NCBI GenBank assembly: GCA_040218735.1 | Contig: JAVJQW010000015.1 | Span: 91,779-155,778 of the forward strand | Length of the DNA stretch: 64,000 nt | Source of the DNA: Deltaproteobacteria bacterium | GTDB taxonomy: Bacteria; Myxococcota; Kuafuiibacteriia; Kuafuiibacteriales; Kuafuiibacteriaceae | Reading direction: 5' to 3' | In this document: in pieces, positions 55,975-64,000 of the stretch | Numbering within the stretch: position 1 is the stretch's first letter | Layout: every line of letters begins with the position of its first letter | Notes under the pieces: model-generated | What the model was told of the DNA's origin: nothing | The model's input: the letters and a program-made list of their open reading frames with translations, nothing else | Database searches by the model: none | Made by a program: the position numbers and the translations under genes

Positions 55975-58900
55975 ATGAAAGTGCTCGCGCGAGGTCTTGC
56001 GGCTGGTTCGCTCATCGCTCTTGCGGCCTGTGTGCCGCAGAAACTGGAGCGTCGACCGGACGCCCCCGACCTCGCCGCCGAAGAGGCGGCGCAGCCACCG
56101 TCGGGCGAGCTGATCCACACGCGCGGCGGCACCTTCGATCCGACGACGCGGAACCCCGTCGCACCGATCGGCTCGCTCAACCGCATCATCGCGGACGACG
56201 CCGTGCCCTACATCGTGCAGTTCACCGGGCGCATCCAGGCGCAGTGGACCGACTCCCTCCGTGACCTTGGCGTCGAGGTCGTCGCCTACGTGCCGGACGA
56301 CGCGCTCCTCGTGCGCACCACCGAGGCTGTCGCGGAGCGCCTCGCCGCGCAGGACGGCGTCCGCGCGCTGTGGGAGCAGGCCCCCATCCTGCGCATCGAC
56401 CCGCTCCTCCTCGACGAGGACGGCGCGCCCTTCGCCGCCGACCGGGACGATCCGGTGGAGATCGACGTCGAGGTGTCCCCCGCCGCCGTCGTCGCCGTTA
56501 CGGCCGACGTCGAAGCGCTCGGCGGTGAGGTCCTCGCCGCCGACGGTGGCATCGTCCACGCGCGGCTCGGTCTGGGCCGAATCTTCGAGCTCGCCGCGCG
56601 CACCGACGTCGAGTTCGTCGCGCCGCACGAACACTTCGAGGTCGTGAACGACAGGTCCCGCTACACGATCCAGGCGGGCGGCAACGCGGTGAACCAGACG
56701 CCGGTCTGGGACCGCGGGCTGCGCGGGCAGGGCCAGACCGTCGGCTTCGCCGACACCGGGCTCGCGACCTTCTCCTGTTACTTCGGCGGCGACAAGGTCA
56801 CGCGCTACGAAGACCTCGCCGGCAACGGCGACGGCGACGGCGACGGCCACGGCACCCACGTCGCCGGCTCCATCGCGGGCGACCGCAACAACAACGGCGT
56901 CTACGACACCAACGACGGCATGGCCCCGGCCGCGCAGCTCTTCGCGCAGGACATCGGTCGCGGGCGCTCGCTCGTCGGCATCCCGTCCGACCTCGGCGAC
57001 CTGTTCGCGAGCCCGTTCAACCGCGGCGTGCGCATCCACTCCAACTCGTGGGGCAGCAACTCCTCCGCGTACACCTCTCAGGCGCGGTCGATCGACGCGT
57101 TCATGTCCGACAACCCGTCGTTCCTCGTGCTCGTCGCGAACGGCAACGCGGGCCCCGGAAGCGGCACCGTCGGCACGCCCGCCACCGCGAAGAACGTCGT
57201 GTCCGTCGGCGCCGCACAGAACGGGTCGTCGTGGAACAACATGGCGAACTTCTCGAGCCACGGGCCGACCGACGACGGACGCATCAAACCCACCGTCAGC
57301 GCTCCGGGGCAGTCGATCGTCTCCGCCGCGCACAACTCCCAGTGCGGAACGCGCACGCTCAGCGGTACCTCGATGGCCACGCCGACCACCGCGGGCGCCG
57401 TCGCGCTGATCCGCCAGTACTACGCCGAGGGCTTCTACCCGAGCGGGCAGGCCAACGCCGCCGACGGCTTCGCGCCGAGCGCCGCGCTGATGAAGGCGAC
57501 CCTCCTCGCGGGCACGCGCAACATGGGCGGCAGCAACACCCGCGCACCGATGCCTTCGAACGGACAGGGCTTCGGCATGATCAACCTCGACGACAGCCTC
57601 TACTTCACCGGTGACTCCCGTCGCCTCGAGGTTCACGGCAGCGACAGCGTCGCGCAGGGCGCCGCGCAGAACTACGACGTCACCGTGAACGGCGGAACGC
57701 TCCGCGTCGCGCTCGCCTGGACGGACCCGCCCGGCGCCACCTTCTCCTCACGCGCGCTCGTGAACGACCTCAACCTCGTCGTCTCCGGCCCCGGCGGCAC
57801 CTTCCGCGGCAACGTGCTCCAGGGCGCCGAGTCGGTGACCGGCGGCTCGTCCGACGATCGCAACGTCGAAGAGGTCGTGCACCTGTCGAACGCGCCGGCC
57901 GGCGCTTACCGCGTTACCGTCAGCGGCGCGAACGTCCCGTTCGGCCCGCAGGTCTTCGCGGTCGTCATCAACGGCGACATCTCCGCGGGCACCACGCCGC
58001 CGCCGCCTCCGCCCCCGCCGCCGCCGGGCGGCAACCACGTCGACTTCGCGCCGACCGCGGGCACGGTGGGTTGGACCCAAACCAACGACACCGCGAACAA
58101 CCACCTCGGTGACGACGACGTCTACGCCGGCAACTTCCAGGGCCAGGACTACCTCGGCGTGGTCGCGATGGACGTGAGCATCCCGTCGATGGCGACGGTG
58201 ACCGCCGCGACGCTCGAGCTCGTCGGCCAGACCACGCAGTTCCTCGGCGGCGGAACGTTCGCGGTCGAGGTCGTGGACGTGAACGTCGGCGCCGGCCTCA
58301 CCCACGCCGCGCTCGCCGCCGCGCCGGTGCTCGCGACGCTCGACGCCGCGGTCCCCGCGTCGGCGCTCGGCGCGAACGTCCGCAACACCTTCACCGTGCC
58401 GGCCGCCGCAATCCGCTCCGGGGCTCAGTTCGTCGTCCGCCTCCGCGGCAACGGCACGACGGGGTCGGTGATGAGCTGGGACTCGGGCTTCGGCACCGGC
58501 GGCCTCGGCATCCAGCCGGTGCTCGGCGTCGACTACACCGTGCAGAGCGGCGGCGCCGTCCTCGAGCCCGACGCGGATCAGGTCGGCTGGGCGGTCTCCG
58601 TCGAAGCGACGGGCAACCACGTCGGCGACGACGACGTCTACGCGGGGGTCTTCAACAACCAGACCTACGTCGGCGTCATCCAGGTCGACGCGACCGGCCT
58701 CGAAGGCCGCGCCGCCGAGCTCGCGCTCACGGGCCAGACGACGCAGTTCCTCGGCGCGGGGAGCTTCACGTTCGAGCTGGTCGCGCTGGGCGCCGCGAGG
58801 AACGCGACCTACGCGGACATCACGCAGGCGCCGGTCCTCGCGTCGCTCGGCACGGTGCCGGCGAGCGCGGTCGGCGCGCAGGTGGAGAACGTCATCGCGA

Positions 58901-59034
58901 TCGACGCCATCGCGACTTCGCAGGGCCTGATGACGATCCGCATCCGCGGCGCGACGGCCGACAGCGTGATGAGTTGGGACAGCGGGTACGGCACCGGCGG
59001 CCTCGGCATCGTGCCGGTGATTCGCGTCCCCTGA
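55975..59034 (+). CDS. S8 subtilisin-like serine protease (Kp43-like) lipoprotein with two tandem C-terminal domains
   Basis: LAAC lipobox; triad DTG, HGTHVAG, GTSMATP; IHSNSWG, TAKN; poly-Pro linker; GAGGAG RBS. Confidence 0.93.
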   Translation: MKVLARGLAAGSLIALAACVPQKLERRPDAPDLAAEEAAQPPSGELIHTRGGTFDPTTRNPVAPIGSLNRIIADDAVPYIVQFTGRIQAQWTDSLRDLGVEVVAYVPDDALLVRTTEAVAERLAAQDGVRALWEQAPILRIDPLLLDEDGAPFAADRDDPVEIDVEVSPAAVVAVTADVEALGGEVLAADGGIVHARLGLGRIFELAARTDVEFVAPHEHFEVVNDRSRYTIQAGGNAVNQTPVWDRGLRGQGQTVGFADTGLATFSCYFGGDKVTRYEDLAGNGDGDGDGHGTHVAGSIAGDRNNNGVYDTNDGMAPAAQLFAQDIGRGRSLVGIPSDLGDLFASPFNRGVRIHSNSWGSNSSAYTSQARSIDAFMSDNPSFLVLVANGNAGPGSGTVGTPATAKNVVSVGAAQNGSSWNNMANFSSHGPTDDGRIKPTVSAPGQSIVSAAHNSQCGTRTLSGTSMATPTTAGAVALIRQYYAEGFYPSGQANAADGFAPSAALMKATLLAGTRNMGGSNTRAPMPSNGQGFGMINLDDSLYFTGDSRRLEVHGSDSVAQGAAQNYDVTVNGGTLRVALAWTDPPGATFSSRALVNDLNLVVSGPGGTFRGNVLQGAESVTGGSSDDRNVEEVVHLSNAPAGAYRVTVSGANVPFGPQVFAVVINGDISAGTTPPPPPPPPPPGGNHVDFAPTAGTVGWTQTNDTANNHLGDDDVYAGNFQGQDYLGVVAMDVSIPSMATVTAATLELVGQTTQFLGGGTFAVEVVDVNVGAGLTHAALAAAPVLATLDAAVPASALGANVRNTFTVPAAAIRSGAQFVVRLRGNGTTGSVMSWDSGFGTGGLGIQPVLGVDYTVQSGGAVLEPDADQVGWAVSVEATGNHVGDDDVYAGVFNNQTYVGVIQVDATGLEGRAAELALTGQTTQFLGAGSFTFELVALGAARNATYADITQAPVLASLGTVPASAVGAQVENVIAIDAIATSQGLMTIRIRGATADSVMSWDSGYGTGGLGIVPVIRVP

Positions 59035-59178
59035 CCGCGCTCGATTCCCTCCGTTCCTCCGTTCGGACCTCTCCCCGAGAAAAGATCGCCACAGAAAAAG
59101 TGGCGCCATCGTCTTCGCGTAGGTCGGGGGGAGGCCGATCGCCGCCAATCTCGGCGGCCTCGGACCTTCGGAGGAATC

Positions 59179-59652
59179 ATGAACAACAAGAAATCCAAGA
59201 GCCCGTGGTGGGGCCTCGCGCTGGGCGCGGCGGCCGTCCTGTCCCTCGTGCCGGTCGCGGCGAACGCCGCCGACGCACGGATCCACGCCGCCGTCTGCGA
59301 CGGCTCGAACGTCTCGGTCGGCACCTACGTCATGGGGGCGGCCTTCGGCGGGACGGGGACGGCGATCTGCCCCATCCCCAGCAACACGGCGCTTCACCAC
59401 CAGACGGTGGATACGCTCAACCTGCACGGCTACAACGCCGGGTCGGTCGGCGCGCGCGCCTGCGCTTCGAACTGGTCGACGTACCAGATCGCGTGCGGCG
59501 TGACGAAGTCGCCGGCGTCCGGCAACTACGCGCTGAGCTTCTTCGGGAACGACCTCGTACACTGGGGCTCGAGCAAGGCGCACTGGTTCCCTTACGTCGC
59601 GGTGAACCTCAGCTTCGCGAGCCGTCTCCACGGGCTCTACATCGCGCAGTGA
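59179..59652 (+). CDS. Secreted hypothetical protein
   Basis: GGAGG RBS; signal peptide ending ANA; four Cys. Confidence 0.75.
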   Translation: MNNKKSKSPWWGLALGAAAVLSLVPVAANAADARIHAAVCDGSNVSVGTYVMGAAFGGTGTAICPIPSNTALHHQTVDTLNLHGYNAGSVGARACASNWSTYQIACGVTKSPASGNYALSFFGNDLVHWGSSKAHWFPYVAVNLSFASRLHGLYIAQ

Positions 59653-59659
59653 GTCGGCC

Positions 59660-60280
59660 ATGCTTCGCTACGTCGTCGTCACCCTCCTGATCCTGACCAC
59701 GGGCGCCGCGCTGTGGATCGGCGGACGGTTGTCGTCCCCGGACGAACCCGCCGCCACCGTCGAACGGGTCCGCATCGTCGAGCGCCCGGCGCAACGCCCG
59801 GTCGTCGAATCGGAGCGATCGTTCGCGCCGGTCTGGACGGCGGTGCGTGCGCTCGGCGCGCGCGTCGAAGCGCTCGAGACCGCGCCGGCCGAGGTCGCCC
59901 CCGAGGCGGATCCGGTCGAAGCCGCGCCCTTCGATCCGGAGGTGGCGTTGGTCGAGGCGCGCGAAGGACACTCCGACGCGCTCCACCGCCACGCCGAGAC
60001 GCCGTTCGAAGCGAGCTGGGCCGAACCGGCGGCGGCCGGGCTCCGCGAGGAGCTCGGCCGCATCGCCGAGGACCGAACGTTCACGGTCGCCGACGTCGAC
60101 TGTCGGTCACGCTCGTGCGTCGTGACGCTCGACTGGCCGACCTACGAAGATGTGATGGAGGACGCCGGCGCCGTCCTCCACCGGACGACGCTCCCGTGCG
60201 CCAATGAAGCGTTCGTTCCGCCGCCCGACGATCCGGCGGCGCCGTATCGGACGGAGATCCTGTTCGACTGCGGGGGGTGA
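59660..60280 (+). CDS. Membrane-anchored hypothetical protein
   Basis: N-terminal TM; WA...VDCRSRSC motif. Confidence 0.7.
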   Translation: MLRYVVVTLLILTTGAALWIGGRLSSPDEPAATVERVRIVERPAQRPVVESERSFAPVWTAVRALGARVEALETAPAEVAPEADPVEAAPFDPEVALVEAREGHSDALHRHAETPFEASWAEPAAAGLREELGRIAEDRTFTVADVDCRSRSCVVTLDWPTYEDVMEDAGAVLHRTTLPCANEAFVPPPDDPAAPYRTEILFDCGG

Positions 60281-60288
60281 GGCGAAGC

Positions 60289-61326
60289 TCAGCTCACCGT
60301 CCAGGTGTCGCCGGAGTGCAGGAGGTCGTGGATCGTGCCCTCACCACGCTTCTCCTTCGCCCAGCGCACCTGCTCGGTGGTCTGCTCCTCGTAGACCGGA
60401 CGATTCACCGCGCGGAAGACGCCGATCGGGACGGGGAACTCCGGCGGCTCCATGCGGGAGAGGAAGTACGCCATGACGCCCGAGTGCTGGGTCTCGTCGT
60501 AGACGAGGATGTCGTCCTCGGTGATGCCGTTCTCGCCGATGGTCACGACCTCCGGGGTCAGGCCGTTCTTGCCGACGAGCCGGACGCCGCGGTTGCCGTC
60601 CTTGCCGAAGATCAGCGGCTTGCCGTGCTCGACGTGCAGCTGCTGGTCCTTCTTCACGTCCTTCGCCGTGAAGTGCTCGAACGCCCGGTCGTTGAAGACG
60701 TTGCAGTTCTGGATGATCTCCACGAACGCCGCGCCCTTGTGCTCCGCCGCGCGCAGCAGGACGTTCTCGAGGTGCTTCGGCTCGACGTCGATCGAGCGCG
60801 CCACGAACGACGCCTCCGCGCCGAGCGCGACCGAAGCGGGCGAGAAGGGCTGGTCGACCGAGCCGAACGGCGTCGACTTCGTCTTCTTCCCGAACTCCGA
60901 CGTCGGCGAGTACTGACCCTTCGTCAGCCCGTAGATCCGGTTGTTGAACATCAGGATCTTCAGGTTCACGTTGCGGCGGAGCGCGTGGATCAGGTGGTTG
61001 CCACCGATCGACAGCCCGTCGCCGTCACCCGTCACGACCCACACCGACAGGTCCGGGTTGGAGATCTTCACACCGCTCGCGATCGCGGGCGCGCGACCGT
61101 GGATGCTGTGGAAGCCGTACGTCTCCATGTAGTACGGGAACCGGCTCGAGCAGCCGATGCCGGAGACGAAGACGATGTTCTCCTTCGCCACGCCGATCTT
61201 CGGCATCATGCGCTGGACCGTCGCGAGGATCGCGTAGTCGCCGCAACCGGGGCACCAACGCACCTCCTGGTTCGACTGGAAGTCCTTACGCGTCAGCTTC
61301 TTGTCGTTTTGTGCTGCAGTCACCAT
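60289..61326 (-). CDS. korB: 2-oxoacid:ferredoxin oxidoreductase beta subunit
   Basis: WCPGCGD, SGIGCSSR, HGRA, GDGD..SIGGNH, YGLTKGQYSPT. Confidence 0.95.
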   Translation of the reverse strand: MVTAAQNDKKLTRKDFQSNQEVRWCPGCGDYAILATVQRMMPKIGVAKENIVFVSGIGCSSRFPYYMETYGFHSIHGRAPAIASGVKISNPDLSVWVVTGDGDGLSIGGNHLIHALRRNVNLKILMFNNRIYGLTKGQYSPTSEFGKKTKSTPFGSVDQPFSPASVALGAEASFVARSIDVEPKHLENVLLRAAEHKGAAFVEIIQNCNVFNDRAFEHFTAKDVKKDQQLHVEHGKPLIFGKDGNRGVRLVGKNGLTPEVVTIGENGITEDDILVYDETQHSGVMAYFLSRMEPPEFPVPIGVFRAVNRPVYEEQTTEQVRWAKEKRGEGTIHDLLHSGDTWTVS

Positions 61327-61349
61327 CGTCGCTGTTCCTTCGCCTGGTC

Positions 61350-63221
61350 CTAGGCCAGTTCCTTCGAGATGCACTCGAGGATCTCGTCGATCTTGAACGG
61401 CTTGCCCTTGATCTTGTTGAAGCCGATCGCGTCGATCAGATACTTCATCCGGAGCAGCGCCTTCAGCTGCCCCATGTTCATCTCCGGAACCACGACCTTG
61501 TCGTACTTCCCGAGCACCTCGCCGAGGTTCTTCGGGAAGGGGTTCAGGTGCCGAAGGTGCAGGTGCGAGACGTCGTTGCCCTTCTCACGGGCGATGTGCG
61601 TCGCCGCGCGCACCGCGCCGTAGGTCGAGCCCCAGCTCACCAGCAGCAGCTTGCCGCTGTCCGCGCCGAACGGCTCCGCGAGCGGGATGTCGTTCGCGAT
61701 GACGTCGACCTTGTCCTGACGCACGTGCGTCATCCGCTCGTGGTTGTCCGGGTCGTAGCTGATGTGGCCCGAGTCGAAGTTCTTCTCGAGGCCACCGACG
61801 CGGTGCTCGAGCCCCGCCGTACCCGGGACCGCCCACACGCGCGCGAGCGTCTCGGGGTCGCGCTGCCACGGGTGGAAACCTTCGCCGGCCTCCTTGTGGT
61901 AGCGCGCCTGCACGTCCGGCAGGTCCTCCTCCTTCGGGAGGCGCCACGGCTCGGCGCCGTTCGCGAGGTAGCCGTCCGTCAGCAGGAAGACCGGCATCAT
62001 GTACTTCAGCGCGATCCGGCACGCCTCCATCATCATGATGAAGCAGTCCGACGGCGTCGCCGCGGCGACGATCGGCACCGGGCACTCGCCGTTACGTCCG
62101 AACATCGCCTGGAAGAGGTCCGCCTGCTCCGTCTTCGTGGGCAGGCCCGTCGACGGACCGCCGCGCTGCACGTTCAGGATGACCATCGGCAGCTCGGTCG
62201 AGACCGCCAGGCCGATCGCCTCGCCCTTGAGCGCGACGCCGGGACCCGACGAGCCGGTGATCGAGAGCTGACCCGCGAACGACGCGCCGATCGTCGACGC
62301 CACCGCCGCGATCTCGTCCTCCGCCTGGAACGTGCTCACGCCGAAGTTCTTGTGGCGCGACAGCTCGTGCAGCACGTCCGACGCCGGGGTGATCGGGTAG
62401 CTGCCGTAGAAGAGCGGGATGCCCGCCTTCTTCGACGCGGCCACCGCGCCCCACGCCGTCGCGACGTTGCCGGTGATGTTGCGGTACGTGCCGGGCTGCA
62501 GCGTCGCCGCCTTGATCTCGTACGTCTCCTGGAAGATCTCCGAGACCTCGCCGTACAGATAACCGGCCTTCAGCGCGAGCCGGTTGCCCTCGGCGATGGC
62601 GTCCTTGTTCTTGAACTTGGTGTCGATGAACGCGAGCGTGTGCTCGAGCGGACGGCTGTAGAGGTAGTACAGCAGCCCGAGCGTCCAGAAGTTCTTCGCG
62701 CGCCCGATCTCCTTGAACGACAGCCCGGTCTCCTTCAACGAAGTCTCGACCTGCGTCGTAATGTCGATGAGGAACGTGCGGTACTTGTCGAGCTCACCCG
62801 TCTCGAGCGGGTTCTCGGTGTAGCCGGCGCGGTCGAGGTTCGCCTTCGTGAAGGCGTCCTTGTTGATGATCAGGATGCCGCCGTCCTTCAGGTCCTCGAT
62901 GTTGACCTTCAGAGCGGCCGGGTTCATCGCGATGAGGACGTCCGGGCGGTCACCCGGCGTGTAGATGTCCCTCGACGCGAAGTTGAGCTGGAAGCCCGAG
63001 ACACCGAACGTCGTACCGGCCGGTGCGCGAATCTCCGCGGGGAAGTCGGGGAACGTCGCGAGGTCGTTGCCGACCACGGCGGACGTGTTCGTGAACTGGT
63101 TACCCGTCAGCTGCATCCCGTCGCCGGAGTCACCCGTGAAGCGAATGACGGCGGATTCGAGATCCCGGGACGGACGGTTGCCCTTCGGCATCGGTACGAC
63201 ATCGGTCGGCGCGGTAGTCAT
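61350..63221 (-). CDS. korA: 2-oxoacid:acceptor oxidoreductase alpha subunit (gamma-alpha fusion)
   Basis: GDSGDGMQLTG, FPAEIRAP, YPITPAS, QAEDEIAA, QRGGPSTGLPTKTEQ. Confidence 0.95.
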   Translation of the reverse strand: MTTAPTDVVPMPKGNRPSRDLESAVIRFTGDSGDGMQLTGNQFTNTSAVVGNDLATFPDFPAEIRAPAGTTFGVSGFQLNFASRDIYTPGDRPDVLIAMNPAALKVNIEDLKDGGILIINKDAFTKANLDRAGYTENPLETGELDKYRTFLIDITTQVETSLKETGLSFKEIGRAKNFWTLGLLYYLYSRPLEHTLAFIDTKFKNKDAIAEGNRLALKAGYLYGEVSEIFQETYEIKAATLQPGTYRNITGNVATAWGAVAASKKAGIPLFYGSYPITPASDVLHELSRHKNFGVSTFQAEDEIAAVASTIGASFAGQLSITGSSGPGVALKGEAIGLAVSTELPMVILNVQRGGPSTGLPTKTEQADLFQAMFGRNGECPVPIVAAATPSDCFIMMMEACRIALKYMMPVFLLTDGYLANGAEPWRLPKEEDLPDVQARYHKEAGEGFHPWQRDPETLARVWAVPGTAGLEHRVGGLEKNFDSGHISYDPDNHERMTHVRQDKVDVIANDIPLAEPFGADSGKLLLVSWGSTYGAVRAATHIAREKGNDVSHLHLRHLNPFPKNLGEVLGKYDKVVVPEMNMGQLKALLRMKYLIDAIGFNKIKGKPFKIDEILECISKELA

Positions 63222-63287
63222 CTCGGCCCGATACATCCTCCGGTTCGCTCAAAGACTCAAGGCGTTTCGAACGCGGATTCGGGTAGC

Positions 63288-63824
63288 ATGGCGCCCGTGG
63301 GGCCCCACGACTTCCGGGTTTGTCTCCTCGTCGCGGCGCTCGCGCGCTGCACGCTGCCGCCGTCACCGACGCCTCCCCCCGAATCGGACCACCGCGCGCG
63401 CCTCGAAGGCGTCGTCGTGGATCGCTTCGAGCACGACGATCTCGCCTCCTCCACCCACCTCGAGCGCGCCGTCGTGGATCGCGAGACCGGGAAGGTGGAG
63501 GGCGAACAAGCCACCGCACGCGTCCTCGGTGAAGGCCCCGAGCCTCGCGCCGTCATCACCGCGCCCCGCGCCGAAGCCGACCTCCGTGCGCGCACGGTCC
63601 GGATGTCCGGCGGCGTGCGGCTGGTCGACGACGAAGGCCGCGTGATGACCACCGACGTCATCCGTTACCGCGCCGCCGAGGACGACCTGCAGTCGGAGGG
63701 CACCGTCCGCGTCGAGGGTGCAGGGTTCACGGTGGATGGCGCGCGGCTGGTCGGCAAGCTGAAGGCCGGCCAGCTCGAGCTCGAGGGCCCGGTCGAGGCC
63801 CGGACGAAGCCGGCGTCCGACTGA
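63288..63824 (+). CDS. lptC: LPS export ABC transporter periplasmic protein LptC-like
   Basis: Membrane anchor followed by beta-jellyroll strands (ITAPRAE...GGVRL...TTDVIRY...GPV). Confidence 0.6.
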   Translation: MAPVGPHDFRVCLLVAALARCTLPPSPTPPPESDHRARLEGVVVDRFEHDDLASSTHLERAVVDRETGKVEGEQATARVLGEGPEPRAVITAPRAEADLRARTVRMSGGVRLVDDEGRVMTTDVIRYRAAEDDLQSEGTVRVEGAGFTVDGARLVGKLKAGQLELEGPVEARTKPASD

Positions 63825-63829
63825 CGCTG

Positions 63830-64000
63830 CTAGTCACCTGCGTCAGTGATTGCTTGCGTATCTCGCGGCCGCCTTTCGCGCCTGCTGCCCGCGCCGCCTT
63901 CGGCTCTCGTCGGTTGCGTACGCCCGGTATGCGCCCTCCTCACGCGGGCACCAGGCACGAAACTCGGCTCGCGACATACGCAAGCAATCACTGACGCAGG
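63830..64000. mobile_element. MITE-like element with terminal inverted repeats of at least 31 bp
   Basis: 63837-63867 matches the reverse complement of 63970-64000 at 30/31 positions; CTAG just left; no ORF; right arm reaches the window edge. Confidence 0.7.

Noticed and set aside
61311-63287. 5' part of the 837-aa ORF 61311..63824
   Set aside because: It is the antisense shadow of korA; only the 3' LptC-like part from 63288 looks real.

Overview
High-GC bacterial DNA whose gene content (AgmX/PglI-like, PEGA, DUSAM-like and CotH proteins, many lipoproteins, sigma-54 activators) suggests Myxococcota or a related lineage. It holds about 60 supportable CDSs, one tRNA-Gly(CCC) with a tRNA-linked repeat array, four candidate sigma-54 promoters and a MITE-like inverted repeat at the right edge. 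The main candidate for an undescribed system is a RiPP-like cluster at about 14.6-25.1 kb. It encodes a 79-aa double-glycine precursor (core (G)RRKPKVVTDPHKWPT, single Trp third from the C-terminus, no Cys), a C39-peptidase ABC exporter with a short HlyD-like partner, and a TetR regulator. Tailoring genes are a putative ABBA-type prenyltransferase, a stand-alone class II terpene cyclase-like protein (DxDD and QW motifs), two JmjC oxygenases, a third cupin and a SAM methyltransferase, suggesting a prenylated, cyclised, hydroxylated and methylated peptide. Other highlights: a bacterial protein resembling the eukaryotic actin maturation protease ACTMAP, a LysR/SDR deletion scar beside an orphan XylT-type ferredoxin, a nitrilase domain lacking its catalytic Cys, and a kinase lacking its catalytic Asp. 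All family calls come from motif recognition by eye; no searches were run.
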